This document shows, one piece after another, positions 1-11,759 of a stretch of 64,000 bases of DNA. The stretch is from an uncultured bacterium (lineage in GTDB: Bacteria; Armatimonadota; Abditibacteriia; Abditibacteriales; Abditibacteriaceae). Positions within the stretch are counted from its first letter, which is position 1. Each line of letters opens with the position of its first letter. The position numbers were made by a program, and so were the translations under genes. Location: contig CAWJLW010000006.1 of NCBI GenBank assembly GCA_963843795.1, forward strand, positions 1,612,001 to 1,676,000. The letters run 5' to 3'. The notes below the pieces were generated by a model. The model was not told the DNA's origin. It saw only the letters and a list, made by a program, of their open reading frames with translations, and searched no databases.

Positions 1-1030
1 TTTTGCCATACAAATGCAATTTTAAATCTGCACATCCCAGAAGCGCGGCCCAATCGGGCGTGCCGTTTTCCCAACAATCGCCCAGCAAATTCGCCATCGC
101 CGCGGGGCGCAGCATTGTGGTTTGTCCCAAAGGCAGGCCACACACTGCGCGCAGCTGCTGCTCGAACTGGCTGGTCGAACACGCATCAATTGTCCAATGT
201 CCCGAATTGTGCGGACGCGGGGCCAATTCATTGATCACCAATTCGCCATTTCCCAACAAGAAAAATTCCACGCACAGCACACCAACGACTTGCAAAGTTT
301 CCAACACGGCACGCGCGATCTCAACCGCGCGCGCAAGTACTTGCCATGGGATTTGGGCAGGCGCAATCGTGACATCTAAAATCTGATTAACGTGACGATT
401 TTCGACTGCACCGTAGTGCACGAAATTCCCTTGCTCATCGCGCGCCGCCACGACGGAAATTTCGCGTTCAAAGCTCATCCATTTTTCCAGCACACCTTCG
501 TCGTCGCCCAAACCTCGCGCAGCCGCTTCCACATCATCAGGCGTTTTAATGACGAACTGGCCTTTGCCATCGTAACCGAAACCGGCAGTTTTCAAAACGC
601 AGGGCGCGCCAAGCTCCTGCACGCCGGCAAGTACTTGCGCGTGCCCGCGCACATGACGAAATGGCGCAATGGGAAAACCGTGCTGCGCCAGCCAATCTTT
701 TTCACGCTTGCGATGCTGCGTGATGTGTAGCACTTCGCCGCGTGGATGAACCGGCACTTGCGCCGCGCACGCTTCGACCGCACTCAATGGCACGTTTTCA
801 AATTCAAAAGTGACAACCGAAACTTCGCGCGCAAATTCGCTGATGCGCTCAATGTCGTGGTAGGAAGCTTGAATTTCGCGGTCGGCCACCTGTCCGGTCG
901 GCGTATCTTCGTCAGGCGAGTAAGTGTGCACGCGATAGCCCATTTGCCGCGCAGCAATTGCAAACATTCGTCCTAACTGGCCCGAACCCAACACGCCAAT
1001 TGTCGCGCCCGGCAATATCGTTTTGCTCAT
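1..1030 (-). CDS. purK: N5-carboxyaminoimidazole ribonucleotide synthase (3' end runs off the window)
   Basis: Manual translation from ATG 1030 gives MSKTILPGATIGVLGSGQLGRMF, and the same frame gives LKLHLYGK at the window edge. Lies downstream of purE. Absent from the ORF track because no stop falls in the window. Confidence 0.93.
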   Translation of the reverse strand, partial: MSKTILPGATIGVLGSGQLGRMFAIAARQMGYRVHTYSPDEDTPTGQVADREIQASYHDIERISEFAREVSVVTFEFENVPLSAVEACAAQVPVHPRGEVLHITQHRKREKDWLAQHGFPIAPFRHVRGHAQVLAGVQELGAPCVLKTAGFGYDGKGQFVIKTPDDVEAAARGLGDDEGVLEKWMSFEREISVVAARDEQGNFVHYGAVENRHVNQILDVTIAPAQIPWQVLARAVEIARAVLETLQVVGVLCVEFFLLGNGELVINELAPRPHNSGHWTIDACSTSQFEQQLRAVCGLPLGQTTMLRPAAMANLLGDCWENGTPDWAALLGCADLKLHLYGK

Positions 1031-1114
1031 AATTTTTGAGAGAAAATGAAAAAGATTTTACAGACTTTTTCACCGCAACTCCTGCAGCAGAGCGCAGCTG
1101 TCTGCATTGTTTCG

Positions 1115-1618
1115 TTATTCGCCCGGAATGGGATTATCCAGCACGCGCTGAGTTTGAGCAGCGCGATATTCGTCTAATCGCACGCGCAAATCTTCATCGT
1201 GATTGGCTAAAATCGCTGCGGCAAAGAGCGCGGCATTGGTTGCGCCCGCGTTGCCGATAGCCAGAGTACCGACAGGAATACCGGCGGGCATTTGCGCAAT
1301 CGAAAGCAGAGAATCCATGCCACTAAGCGCGCGACTTTGAACGGGCACACCCAGAACCGGCACGCTGGTTTGTGCGGCGATCATGCCGGGCAGATGCGCC
1401 GCGCCACCGGCTCCGGCGATGATGACTTGCAAACCTTGTTCACGCGCGCTTTGCGCAAATTCCGCCATCAATTGCGGCGTGCGATGCGCCGAAACCACGC
1501 GCGCGAGATAAGGAATTTCAAGTTGTACAAGTACTTGCACCGCATTTTTCATCGTTTCCCAATCGGATTGACTGCCCATAACGACCGCGACTTTTGCCGC
1601 CACTTTTGCGTTTTCCAT
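1115..1618 (-). CDS. purE: N5-CAIR mutase
   Basis: [26 protein letters not shown] and [11 protein letters not shown] motifs; start placed at MENAK. Confidence 0.96.
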   Translation of the reverse strand: MENAKVAAKVAVVMGSQSDWETMKNAVQVLVQLEIPYLARVVSAHRTPQLMAEFAQSAREQGLQVIIAGAGGAAHLPGMIAAQTSVPVLGVPVQSRALSGMDSLLSIAQMPAGIPVGTLAIGNAGATNAALFAAAILANHDEDLRVRLDEYRAAQTQRVLDNPIPGE

Positions 1619-1750
1619 TTTTTTCACCCCGCTCAATTTTGCCCCGCCGCGTGTTTGGACACAAGCACCGATTTGCAAATACAGTCGTATCAAATGCTTT
1701 TCACACACTTTGAACAAGGAATTTACCGCTCGCGACAGTAAACTATTCGG

Positions 1751-4246
1751 GTGAACGATTCGCTGGATTTTGTGCGTGCCATCGCGCGCTGGTGGCAACG
1801 TCCGCGTGTGCGACGTGGGGTCATGGCGCTGTTTGGATTGTGGTTTTTGAACGCCATCATCGGCACCATTACGGAAAAATGGTGGTGCGATGCGTTAGGC
1901 GTCGGTGCGTTGTGGGCCGCGCGCACGTTCGCGCAATGGCAACTTTTTTTCGCTTCCGCCCTGCTCAACTGCGCGCTTCTGCTGGCTCTAATTCATTTTC
2001 TCACTCCACATCGCGAGCAGCTTTTTCATGTTAACCAAACCAGCGTTCTGGTGCGTGGCGTGGCGGCTTACGCGCAGCACGGACGGCGTTTGGCGTGGTA
2101 CGGCGGCCTGCTTTGGGTGTGGTGGCAAAGTCGGCGTGCGGCCTTGTGGGGCGATGAATGGCTATTGTGGCGCAGCGGTACGAATTGGGGCGAGCGCGAT
2201 TTGAGTGGTGCCGATTGGAGCGCGTGGGTTTGGGGCTGGCCGCTGGTCGACGCCCTGAATCGCATCGTGTGGTCGAGCGTGACGTTGGCCTTGCTATTCG
2301 GATTCGCCTTACATTCCGCACAAATCGCGCTGCTTTCGCTGCGCCGGCAGAACGAAAACACTCTTCTGGGGGCGCGCCGTTTCTTGTGGTTTTTAGGCGC
2401 GCTCTGGTTCGCGTGTCTAGCCCTGCGCTATTATTGGCTTCGAGCGCAAAACGCTGTGACATGGCGCGGTAACGACGCGACGGTTCCCGCCGGCTGGGAT
2501 TGGCTGAGCTGGCATTGGACACGCTTGACCGACAACGCTGGAATCGCGCTGGCTGTTGGCGGATGCTTGCTGTGCGCGCTGGCTTTAATATTTTCTGCAA
2601 GTAATCGCAGGCACTTTTCGCGTTGGACGTGGAGCGCTGCGTTTGCGGCATGGTGGCTGCCGGGCACGTTGCAAGTACTTGTGGGCGGCCCACTGTGGCG
2701 ACTGGTCGTGGCACCCGATGAAAATGCCCGCGAGGCGCCTTTCGTGGCCGCCTATCGCACTGCGACGCAGCGCGCCTGGCGCGTCCAAACCCAGAGCCGC
2801 GTGGTGAAAGTCGAACCGGTGGGAATCTTAAACGCAGTCGAGCGCGCAGAACTGGAGCGCACGGCGCGGTTGTGGGACGAAGACGCGCTGCAAGCGACTC
2901 TGGGCGATGCCAACGCCAGTGTGCCCTCCACCCTCAATTACGAAAATAAACGTTTGGTTGGTGTTTCGACCGATGGCGTTTACGATGCAACGCGCGTCGT
3001 CGATGGCAAACCTCCACTTTTGCACGCTTTCACGCCTCCGATAAGCTGGCCGGTTCCTACAACTCATGAAACGCGCGGCGACATTGCACTGTCGGGCGCG
3101 GCGCGAGTTTTGTGGGCCTGGCGGCTGCGCGATGTCGGCGCGTTGTGGCGTTCCCGCGCGACGCTGCACACTGATTGGGACGAACGGGCACGCGCGCTTC
3201 TGCCGGGCGCGCGCCCAGTTGATGCCCCCTATTTGACACCACGAGGCTGGCTGGTGCAAAATCTCAGCGGCACCACAGCCCGCTTACCGGGTGTTTTGCG
3301 CGTGGCGAACTTGCGCGGTGAAAGCGCTCAAATCAGCGATTGCGCACAAATCGTGATCGCGCCTGCAGGCCAAACTCAATTATGGGCGAGCCGCGACGAC
3401 GAGCCTTGGGTGCGTGCGTGGCGCACGCTGGCAGGCGCGGCTCTGCGAAGCGGCGAGGGTGCGCCAGTGGGCAGGCGCACGTCGAAAAGCACGAGCGAAG
3501 CACGCGTGCAAGTTTGGAATCAATTGGAGCGCACGCCCAATCCGAACTGGTTGTGCAACGAAATCGAATACGCCCTGCTCGCGACGCCCGCAACTGGCGC
3601 GGGGCCAGCAGGCTCCCGCTGGGTTTTGCAGGGCGCAATCCGCGACCAAACGCGACTAGCAGGTTGGCTACAAATCGACGCCACAAATGAGAGCACACCA
3701 AATTCTGCCGACGCATGGCGAGTCTGGCAAATCGCGCCCAATCTGGCCCGTTTGGAACCTCTGTGGCCCTTGAACGAAGAAGCTGTGGATAGCGAGGCGG
3801 CCATCACAGCGCGCGCGACCGAGATGAAAGAAGCGCGCGTTCGCAGTAAAGTATTAATGGCTCCGTTGTGGCGTGGCGAGTCGGGACAAGCAACGCATGT
3901 GGCGTTGTTGTTGTGGCAAAACCAATATGAAGCGCCCAGCCCGGCGCGCTTACCATTGTGGGCCATGCCAATAACGGGTTGGCGATTGCATCGAGTGGCA
4001 CTCGGCGATGCGGCACGCGAAGATCGCGTGGTAGTTGCACGCAATGCTGGCGAACTGTTAGGTTTATGGTCGCAAGTCGCGCCGCCGCTCACGCCCGCCC
4101 AAAACGAAATTTTGGCCACACGTCACGCTGTGCAGCAGTTATTAAACCTGCTCGAACAAGAAGAAAAGGCGGCGCGAACTGGCGACTGGCCCAGCGCGGA
4201 AATTCTGCGCGATAAGCAACGCGAAATTTTGGAGCAGATGAAATGA
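1751..4246 (+). CDS. Divergent UPF0182-like membrane protein
   Basis: Multi-TM N-terminus (EKWWCDALG) followed by [22 protein letters not shown], resembling UPF0182 signatures; soluble C-terminal part. Confidence 0.55.
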   Translation: MNDSLDFVRAIARWWQRPRVRRGVMALFGLWFLNAIIGTITEKWWCDALGVGALWAARTFAQWQLFFASALLNCALLLALIHFLTPHREQLFHVNQTSVLVRGVAAYAQHGRRLAWYGGLLWVWWQSRRAALWGDEWLLWRSGTNWGERDLSGADWSAWVWGWPLVDALNRIVWSSVTLALLFGFALHSAQIALLSLRRQNENTLLGARRFLWFLGALWFACLALRYYWLRAQNAVTWRGNDATVPAGWDWLSWHWTRLTDNAGIALAVGGCLLCALALIFSASNRRHFSRWTWSAAFAAWWLPGTLQVLVGGPLWRLVVAPDENAREAPFVAAYRTATQRAWRVQTQSRVVKVEPVGILNAVERAELERTARLWDEDALQATLGDANASVPSTLNYENKRLVGVSTDGVYDATRVVDGKPPLLHAFTPPISWPVPTTHETRGDIALSGAARVLWAWRLRDVGALWRSRATLHTDWDERARALLPGARPVDAPYLTPRGWLVQNLSGTTARLPGVLRVANLRGESAQISDCAQIVIAPAGQTQLWASRDDEPWVRAWRTLAGAALRSGEGAPVGRRTSKSTSEARVQVWNQLERTPNPNWLCNEIEYALLATPATGAGPAGSRWVLQGAIRDQTRLAGWLQIDATNESTPNSADAWRVWQIAPNLARLEPLWPLNEEAVDSEAAITARATEMKEARVRSKVLMAPLWRGESGQATHVALLLWQNQYEAPSPARLPLWAMPITGWRLHRVALGDAAREDRVVVARNAGELLGLWSQVAPPLTPAQNEILATRHAVQQLLNLLEQEEKAARTGDWPSAEILRDKQREILEQMK

Positions 4247-4383
4247 AGTGAGGACGGAAGATTTCAAAAGGGAGAAGTAAGAAGGTTTTTGTCTCCGCAA
4301 GTACTTGCAGAGTGGAATTTATCCCTGCCACTTTTGAAATTTCCTTTTCATCTCTCAATTTTTTCCTCAATCAAAAGGTTTTT

Positions 4384-4677
4384 ATGCAATTGACGCCCGA
4401 ACAAGTCGATCACATCGCGCTGTTAGCGCGCTTGGAATTATCCGTTGAAGAAAAGCAGCGCGCAGCTGGTGAACTGTCGCAAATTCTCAATCACTTCGAG
4501 CAACTGTCACAGCTCGATACCGACGACATCGAACCAACCGATCACGTTTTGCCCTTGGTGAATGTTTTGCGCGCCGATATGCCGCGCCCAAGTCTGCAGC
4601 GCGAGGCCGCTTTACAAAACGCGCCCGAAGCCGCCGATGGCATGTTTCAAGTGCCGCGCGTTGTCGAAGCCGAATAA
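4384..4677 (+). CDS. gatC: Asp/Glu-tRNA amidotransferase subunit C
   Basis: [12 protein letters not shown]...[17 protein letters not shown]; upstream of gatA. Confidence 0.95.
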   Translation: MQLTPEQVDHIALLARLELSVEEKQRAAGELSQILNHFEQLSQLDTDDIEPTDHVLPLVNVLRADMPRPSLQREAALQNAPEAADGMFQVPRVVEAE

Positions 4678-4709
4678 AATGCGCTGCACGTACGTGCAGC
4701 GCGCATTTT
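4676..4709. repeat. Hairpin centred on the motif variant TGCACGTACGTGCA
   Basis: aaaatgcgc-tgcacgtacgtgca-gcgcgcatttt between gatC and gatA. Confidence 0.8.
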
Positions 4710-4730
4710 CTCTTTACTCTTCTTACACTT

Positions 4731-6191
4731 ATGTCTCTTTTGCAACTTTCCGCGTTTCAATTAGCGCAGCAAATTCAGCACAAACAAGTCTCGTGTCGTG
4801 AAGCCGTCGATGAATATCTGACGCGCATTGAAAAAGTCGAAGATCGCGTAAAAGCCTTTGTCACCGTGACCGGTGAGGAAGCTCGCCGTCGCGCAGATAT
4901 GCTGGATCGTCGTCTGGCATCGGGCGAAGATATTGGCCCTTTGGGCGGCGTGCCGATTGCCGTAAAAGATTTGCTGTGTACGCGCGGCGTGCGCACGACC
5001 TGCTCGTCCAAAATGCTCCAAAACTTCGTTCCGCCTTACGATGCGCACGTTGTAGAGCGTTTGGCGACCGATGGCGCAATTTGCATCGGCAAGGCCAACA
5101 TGGACGAGTTCGCGATGGGTTCCTCGACCGAAAATTCGGCGTTTTTTCCGACGCGCAATCCGTGGAATCTCAATCGCGTGCCCGGCGGTTCCTCTGGCGG
5201 ATCGACGGCTGCGGTCGCGGCCTTGGAAGCGCCTTTGGCGTTGGGGTCAGACACCGGCGGCTCGATTCGTCAGCCGGCAGCTTACTGCGGCTCCGTGGGT
5301 ATGAAACCAACTTATGGTTTGGTTTCGCGTTATGGCTTAATCGCCTTCGCTTCTTCCCTCGATCAAATTGGCCCGATTGCCAATGATGTGCGCGATTGCG
5401 CTTTATTGTTGCAATCTATCGCCGGACACGACCGCCGCGATTCGAGTTCGATCAATCGCGCGCTGCCCGATTATGTGAACGCGCTGACCGGTGACATCAA
5501 AGGTTTGCGCGTTGGCGTGCCAGAAGAATATTTTGCGCAGGGCGTAGAAAGTTACGTCAGCGATGCGGTGCATAAAGCGATTGGCGAAATGGAAAACTTG
5601 GGCGCGCAAATTGTGCCGGTTTCAATGCCTTCGACCGAATACGCTCTGGCGACGTATTACATTATCGCGCCCAGCGAGGCGTCTTCGAACCTGGCGCGCT
5701 ACGATGGCGTGCAATACGGTTTGCGCGTGGCCGAAGCGGGCGACGACATCGTGGCGATGTATTCGAAAACGCGCGCCGCTGGTTTCGGCCACGAAGTCCA
5801 GCATCGCATTCTGATTGGCACGCACACGCTTTCCAGTGGATTTTACGACGCGTATTACCTCAAAGCTCAGAAAGTGCGCACTCTGATTCGCCGTGAATTC
5901 GAAGCGGCGTTTGAAAAATGCGACGTTCTGGCGACGCCGACCGCGCCAAGCGTAGCGTTTGAAATCGGTGCGCGCACCGATGACCCGTTCGCGATGAAAT
6001 TGGCCGATGTCTGCACAATTCCGGTGAATATGGCCGGTTTGCCAGCGATTTCCCTTCCCTGCGGAATGCACGAAGGTTTGCCGATTGGCTTACAACTGAT
6101 TGGCAACATTCTGGATGAAAGCACCGTGCTGCGCGCCGCGCATGCTTACGAACAAAACACGCCGTGGCACAAAGAGCGCGCGGCTTTATAA
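4731..6191 (+). CDS. gatA: Asp/Glu-tRNA amidotransferase subunit A
   Basis: Amidase signature [28 protein letters not shown]. Confidence 0.97.
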   Translation: MSLLQLSAFQLAQQIQHKQVSCREAVDEYLTRIEKVEDRVKAFVTVTGEEARRRADMLDRRLASGEDIGPLGGVPIAVKDLLCTRGVRTTCSSKMLQNFVPPYDAHVVERLATDGAICIGKANMDEFAMGSSTENSAFFPTRNPWNLNRVPGGSSGGSTAAVAALEAPLALGSDTGGSIRQPAAYCGSVGMKPTYGLVSRYGLIAFASSLDQIGPIANDVRDCALLLQSIAGHDRRDSSSINRALPDYVNALTGDIKGLRVGVPEEYFAQGVESYVSDAVHKAIGEMENLGAQIVPVSMPSTEYALATYYIIAPSEASSNLARYDGVQYGLRVAEAGDDIVAMYSKTRAAGFGHEVQHRILIGTHTLSSGFYDAYYLKAQKVRTLIRREFEAAFEKCDVLATPTAPSVAFEIGARTDDPFAMKLADVCTIPVNMAGLPAISLPCGMHEGLPIGLQLIGNILDESTVLRAAHAYEQNTPWHKERAAL

Positions 6192-6232
6192 TTGACCACA
6201 CCTCCTCTGCAAGTACTTGCAGTGCCTTTGCT

Positions 6233-7705
6233 ATGTCCAAATATGAAATCGTCATCGGCATGGAAGTCCACGCCGAACTTCTGACAAACACCAAACAATT
6301 TTGCGCCTGTGCCAACGAAGCGGTCGCGCCGCCCAATACCAACATTTGCCCGGTGTGTCTGGGCTTTCCCGGCTCGTTGCCAGTTTTAAACGCGCGCAGC
6401 GTCGATTTGTCATTGCGCGCGGTTCTGGCTTTCAACGCCAGAATCAATCGGCGTTGTATCTTCGAGCGTAAGAACTATTTTTATCCCGATTTGCCCAAAG
6501 CCTACCAAATTTCCCAGCGGCTTTTGCCCCTTGGCGAAGGCGGCCACATCGAAATAGACGTGACACCAAGCGACGGCGAAACTTACACGCGCCGCGTCGG
6601 AATGCACGATGTTCACATGGAAGAAGACACCGGCAAATCCTCGCACGGCGAAGCCATTGGCGACCCCGATTCAAGTTTGATTGACTTCAATCGTTCGGGA
6701 ATTCCGCTCTTGGAAATCGTCTCATTGCCCGATATGCGCTCGATTGAAGAAGCCGAAGCTTATATGACGGCACTGCGCCAGCTACTTTTATATCTCGAAG
6801 TTAGCGATTGCAAAATGGAGCTAGGCCGCTTACGCTTCGAGGCCAGCGTTTCGCTTCGCCCGTTTGGTCAGGAGGAATATGGCACACGCGTCGAAGTCAA
6901 AAACCTCAACTCGATGAAAGCGGTGCGCGACAGCTTGCGCTATGAAATCGAACGGCAAACCAAGATGCTCGACAACGGTGAAACCATCCAACAGCAAACC
7001 ATGCTGTGGGACGACGCGACCGGAACTACGCAATCGATGCGTTCCAAGGAGCAGGCCCACGATTACCGTTATTTCCCCGAACCCGATTTGGTGCCAATTG
7101 ATATAGACGATGCATGGCTGCAACGCGTGAAAGATTCGATGCCCGAATTGCCGCGCGTCAAACATCAGCGTTTTCAAGACGACTTAGGCTTGTCGGCTTA
7201 TGAAGCGGGGGTTTTGACTTCGCAAAAACCGGTCGCCGATTATTACGAAGCGGCTTTGAATGGCTACACGCGCAGCGATGGACTGGCGCCGAAAATCGTT
7301 TCCAATTGGGTTTCCAATGAATTATTGGGGCGTTTGAACGCGCAGAACTTGGAAATCGGCGCATCGAAAGTCGCGCCCGAACAGTTGCGTGGCTTGCTGC
7401 AATTGATGGACGACGGCACGATTTCCGGCAAGTTGGCTAAAGAAGTTTTCGACGAAATGTTCGCATCGGGCAAAGACGCCAAAGCCGTCGTGGCCGAAAA
7501 AGGCTTGACGCAAATGAGCGATGAAAGCGAACTCGAAGCGATTTGCCAGCGCGTTTTGGAAGCCAATCCCAAAGCCGTCGAAGATTACAAAGGTGGCAAA
7601 CAGAAAAGTTTCGGTTCTCTGGTTGGCGGTGTGATGAAAGAAACCAAAGGTCGCGCCAATCCCGCATTGGTCAATTCACTGTTGAAAAAATTGTTGGAGA
7701 ATTGA
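6233..7705 (+). CDS. gatB: Asp/Glu-tRNA amidotransferase subunit B
   Basis: IGMEVHAEL, RKNYFYPDLPK, DYRYFPEPDL; start at MSKYEIV. Confidence 0.97.
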   Translation: MSKYEIVIGMEVHAELLTNTKQFCACANEAVAPPNTNICPVCLGFPGSLPVLNARSVDLSLRAVLAFNARINRRCIFERKNYFYPDLPKAYQISQRLLPLGEGGHIEIDVTPSDGETYTRRVGMHDVHMEEDTGKSSHGEAIGDPDSSLIDFNRSGIPLLEIVSLPDMRSIEEAEAYMTALRQLLLYLEVSDCKMELGRLRFEASVSLRPFGQEEYGTRVEVKNLNSMKAVRDSLRYEIERQTKMLDNGETIQQQTMLWDDATGTTQSMRSKEQAHDYRYFPEPDLVPIDIDDAWLQRVKDSMPELPRVKHQRFQDDLGLSAYEAGVLTSQKPVADYYEAALNGYTRSDGLAPKIVSNWVSNELLGRLNAQNLEIGASKVAPEQLRGLLQLMDDGTISGKLAKEVFDEMFASGKDAKAVVAEKGLTQMSDESELEAICQRVLEANPKAVEDYKGGKQKSFGSLVGGVMKETKGRANPALVNSLLKKLLEN

Positions 7706-7712
7706 AGTCTCA

Positions 7713-7760
7713 AAATGCAAAAAGCGCCCTGCAAGTACTTGCAGGGCGCTTTTTGCATTT
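7713..7760. terminator. 48-bp perfect palindrome, probable bidirectional terminator, motif-centred
   Basis: aaatgcaaaaagcgccctgcaagt|acttgcagggcgctttttgcattt between convergent genes. Confidence 0.8.
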
Positions 7761-7768
7761 CGATCGCA

Positions 7769-8576
7769 TTATTTGCGATACCAATCGCGCAACACGACGC
7801 GCGTACCGCTGCCTTGTAGAGCGTTTTTGAACTGAAGCGAATTTTCGTTGGGCTTATCGAACGGAAAACGATAGTGATAAGGCGCAACTTGTTTGGGATG
7901 AAAAGCGCGCACGCCCTGCGGCGGCTTCGAGCGGAGTCATCGTATAAGGCAAGTTCATCGGCAGAAATGCCAAATCCAGACCGCGTATTTGTTTCATTTC
8001 CGGTGTGATTTCGGTATCGCCCGCGACGTAAATGCGCTTACCATCTATGTTCAACACATAACCGTTGAATTGGCCTTTGGGATGATATTTTTTGTCGGCT
8101 TCGGGGCCGCGCACAAGATTATAAGCGGGCACAGCGCGCACAAAGATGGTTATCGGCTTGTTCTTGTCGGAGGTCAGCAAAAACTTTACGGTCTGGCCGT
8201 TGCCAAGTGTCGTGACTTCTGGATTTTTAATCTCTTTTTCGGCTAATTGATCGGTCACAGCTTTGGGCGCGACGATGCGAGTGTGGTCGTTGGAAACGCG
8301 CTTGATGGCTTCGGGATCAAAATGGTCGGAATGAGTGTGCGTTATGAGCAGAATATCGGCTTTGGCAGCATGCGAGTAATCGCCCTGCGAAAACGGATCG
8401 ACGTGAATCGTTTTGCCGCGATAATCAATCTGCATCGAAGCATGAAAAATTGGCGTAATGCGAATCGGCCCGCCTTTGGCCTGCAGAATAATTGGCGTAT
8501 CAATCGCCTGCGCGACAGATGCGCTCGAAACGATAAACAAAGCAGCAGCAATAAATGGTCTGGCAAGTACTTGCAT
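7769..8576 (-). CDS. Secreted MBL-fold metallo-hydrolase (+1 frameshift near 7915)
   Basis: Signal peptide, THTHSDH, AGDTE, LPMNLPYTM; the alternate frame continues FHPKQVAPYHYR to TAA at 7769. Confidence 0.8.
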
Positions 8577-8595
8577 AATTATTCTCCTTGAATTT

Positions 8596-9666
8596 TCAAC
8601 CCAGCCACTGCGGATTTTTGGCGGTGCCGTCGAAATTTTGCGTGGTCTTAAATTTTTCGTAGCGACCAGTCAGCGCGGCCTCACGCGTTTTGGCCAGCAA
8701 AGCGTTTTGTTGGGTCACACTCATCGGGGCAAAAGTGCGACCGGCCTGAATCGCTTGCTGCACCAACTCTTCGTTCTGGCAGCCAGTAATTACGACTGAT
8801 ACCGGCTGCGACATCGCATAATGTAGCAACTCTATCGGTTTGGCGACAGCATTATTCTCGTTGAGAAAACGCATAATTGCGCCGCCGCCGAAACATTTCA
8901 TGCCCAGCACTCCGATATTTTCTGCCACTAAGCGCGGCACGATATCGCGCGTGAACGAACGAAAATGCGCGTCCATCACGTTGATCGGCATTTGTGCTGT
9001 ATCAAATTTAGTATCGTGCGCTTTGGCGACATCTAACATTCGCGCGAATACAATTGGATCTTTATGACCGGTGAAACCGATAAAGCGAATTTTGCCCGCT
9101 TTTTGTGCCTCGCGCATCGCGTCCATCGTACCTCCATCAGCGAAGCACACATCAGGGTCTTCCAAACGAATAATTTCGTGAATTTGCATTAAGTCGATGT
9201 GATCGGTTTGCAATCGTTTGAGAGATTCGTCTATCTGCTTGGCTGCGCTGTCCTTGGTGCGGCCATCAATTTTGGTCATCAAAAACGCTTTATCGCGATA
9301 ACCATCTTGCAACGCGCGCCCCATGCGCACTTCGCTTTCGCCACCATTGTAATCCCAGCAATTATCCAGAAAATTGATGCCGTTATCCAATGCCATGCGA
9401 ATCAAACGGACGCTTTCATCAGGTTCCTTTTGAAAACCGATGTGCGCGCCGCCCAGTCCGACAATTGACACCATTTCACCAGTCTCACCCAGCGCACGAT
9501 AAATCATCTCACCGCGCTTTTCGCTTTTTGGCATCGCTAATTCCGGCTTTGGCAGTGAGGTAGTTGCTTGATTTTGCGCCGCAACCTCGTTCGTCAAAGC
9601 TGTTGCGGCCACACTGCCAGCGGTGAGAAGTGACGTGTCGCGTATAAAATTGCGTCGCGTTTGCAT
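8596..9666 (-). CDS. Aldo/keto reductase with Tat-like signal
   Basis: TRRNF N-terminus; GLGGAHIG, FLDNCWDY, SLKRLQTDHIDL. Confidence 0.88.
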   Translation of the reverse strand: MQTRRNFIRDTSLLTAGSVAATALTNEVAAQNQATTSLPKPELAMPKSEKRGEMIYRALGETGEMVSIVGLGGAHIGFQKEPDESVRLIRMALDNGINFLDNCWDYNGGESEVRMGRALQDGYRDKAFLMTKIDGRTKDSAAKQIDESLKRLQTDHIDLMQIHEIIRLEDPDVCFADGGTMDAMREAQKAGKIRFIGFTGHKDPIVFARMLDVAKAHDTKFDTAQMPINVMDAHFRSFTRDIVPRLVAENIGVLGMKCFGGGAIMRFLNENNAVAKPIELLHYAMSQPVSVVITGCQNEELVQQAIQAGRTFAPMSVTQQNALLAKTREAALTGRYEKFKTTQNFDGTAKNPQWLG

Positions 9667-9869
9667 TATTTTTTCCTTTGAATACAAAAATTCCTAACTC
9701 ACTGACGTATTTTTTTTGCAAGTGTCGCGCCGTCAAAAAAGCGCAAGCGCCAAAATCAATAAATATCGTGTAACGTCAATCTTTGGACCCCAAGTTGCAA
9801 AAGCGCAATGCAGATCAAAAAATTAATGAATTGATTTCAAATAAGGTTCCGATTCCAAGGGAGAAACTA

Positions 9870-11018
9870 ATGACAGGCAAACAATTTTCAGTTGCAAAAC
9901 AGGCTACAGGCGCGCTTTCGCTAACAATGCTGGTTTCGTTGGCTCCAGCTCAGGCGCAAACTACGGCAAAGCAGAAATCTTCTATCGACACGAACGTTGT
10001 GGTGTCGCCGCATGGCATGTCGACGATGAAATTTGGGTCAGCAACCAAAATGATCGACCGTGATATGAAAGATGTTTTAATGTCGCTGAAAGAGCTTGGC
10101 CCCAAGCCGATTGCTAAATTGAATTACAAACAGGCGAGAATGCAGCCCGGCCCTGCCGATGCAGTTAAGCGCACATTGCAAAAACGCGGTATGAGCACAT
10201 CGCCCGAAAAAGTCGGTAGCGTGGTCGATTACAAAGTGCCCACTCCCGCTGGCCCAGTTACAGTTCGCGTTTACAAACCATTAGATGCGCCGAAGGGGCC
10301 GCTACCAGTTTTAGTCTATACGCATGGCGGCGGATATGTTATTGCCAGCGTTTCAGCCTATGATTCTTCGACACGTGCTTTGGCAAATGCGGCCAAATGC
10401 ATGGTGGTTTCGGTCGCCTATCGTCAAGCTCCCGAACATCGCTTGCCCGCCGCACAGGAAGACAGCTACGCGGTGACCCAATGGGTGATGAAAAATGTTA
10501 GCGGCTGGGGCGGCGATCCCAAGCGGGTCGCGGTTGGTGGCGAAAGCGCCGGTGGGGCGCTGGCGACAACAACGTGTATGCTGGCGCGTGATCGCGGCGG
10601 CATGATGCCGATTCATCAGATGCTCATTTATCCATACGCCGACATTTCGTATTCCGGAGTAAACGCGCAATCGGCGCGCGAAAATAAAACCACGATTCCA
10701 TTGAATACACCAATGCTGCCATGGTTTTCCAGCTACGCGTTGCCCGTTTCATCTTACGGTCGCAAAGCTATCGCGTCGCCGACTTTCGGCAACACTCAAG
10801 GTTTGCCTCCTGCTACAGTGGTCGCCGCCGAACTTGACCCGCTACGCACCCAAGTTGCACAATATGCTTATCAATTGATTCGCTCTGGTGTGCCAGTGAA
10901 TATGCGGTTATATAAAGGCGTGACACATGAATTCTTCGGAATGGGTGCTGCAGTGCCCGCTGCCAAAGATGCAGTGAAGTTCGCTGCTAATGACCTCAAG
11001 CGCGTTTTTAGGAAATAA
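9870..11018 (+). CDS. Secreted alpha/beta hydrolase (HSL-family esterase)
   Basis: HGGGY oxyanion motif, GESAGG nucleophile elbow, ELDPL, HEF. Confidence 0.9.
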   Translation: MTGKQFSVAKQATGALSLTMLVSLAPAQAQTTAKQKSSIDTNVVVSPHGMSTMKFGSATKMIDRDMKDVLMSLKELGPKPIAKLNYKQARMQPGPADAVKRTLQKRGMSTSPEKVGSVVDYKVPTPAGPVTVRVYKPLDAPKGPLPVLVYTHGGGYVIASVSAYDSSTRALANAAKCMVVSVAYRQAPEHRLPAAQEDSYAVTQWVMKNVSGWGGDPKRVAVGGESAGGALATTTCMLARDRGGMMPIHQMLIYPYADISYSGVNAQSARENKTTIPLNTPMLPWFSSYALPVSSYGRKAIASPTFGNTQGLPPATVVAAELDPLRTQVAQYAYQLIRSGVPVNMRLYKGVTHEFFGMGAAVPAAKDAVKFAANDLKRVFRK

Positions 11019-11035
11019 GCGAATCAGTCAACCCG

Positions 11036-11073
11036 AAAAAAGCACGCTGCAAGTACTTGCAGCGTGCTTTTTT
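11036..11073. terminator. 38-bp perfect palindrome, probable bidirectional terminator, motif-centred
   Basis: aaaaaagcacgctgcaagt|acttgcagcgtgctttttt between convergent genes. Confidence 0.8.
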
Positions 11074-11086
11074 TAGATTTACGAGC

Positions 11087-11623
11087 TTAATTCACCAGTT
11101 CAATTTCCAGCGGTGGCGAACGGAGAATTGGATTTGTCGTGAACTCTCCGCGCACCAGATACTTGCCGCGAGGCACGATTTGGCCAGTCCCAGCGTTTTG
11201 ATCCCACGTGGCAGTGAATTTCTGCTCATCGCCGGGCTTGAGAGTCATATTACGGATGCTCTGCATGAACATCTTGTCCATGCTCCAGCGCCAAATCGGA
11301 TCATCATCTTTGACACCAACACGTTGAATAAAGACATCGAAAGTCTGGCCTGAAGTAAACGTGACGGTTTGCGCCCGATCGCTTGTATTGCGCGCGCTGA
11401 GTTGAAAACTCAGATTTTCGCCACGCGCGAATTTGGTTTTGTTCAGCGCAATCGCCACTTCTATGGGCTGCTTGGCGTTACCGGCTTGGCCAATTGCAGG
11501 AACGCTTGGCAAACCGATAAGCGGCGGAACATTTTCTTCACTGGCGGTCGGCATCGGATTACGTGTCTTGCAACCCGTCAAGACAACAATTGTCAGCGCC
11601 GAAAAGAGGTGAATTAATTTCAT
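11087..11623 (-). CDS. Lipoprotein with BsuPI-like (proteinase inhibitor) domain
   Basis: Lipobox VLTGC; FTSGQTFDV...WRWSMDKMFMQ...LKPGD. Confidence 0.7.
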   Translation of the reverse strand: MKLIHLFSALTIVVLTGCKTRNPMPTASEENVPPLIGLPSVPAIGQAGNAKQPIEVAIALNKTKFARGENLSFQLSARNTSDRAQTVTFTSGQTFDVFIQRVGVKDDDPIWRWSMDKMFMQSIRNMTLKPGDEQKFTATWDQNAGTGQIVPRGKYLVRGEFTTNPILRSPPLEIELVN

Positions 11624-11759
11624 GATTTTTCCTTTAAGATTGTATCCTGTAAATACTTGCAGTGCGATTTGAGCACTGTCTTTGTGCCGCGCTGCGGTTC
11701 GTGGCAAAATGTCAAGCGCTGTATTTCTCAACCAACATTTTATTTCACGGAAATTTACA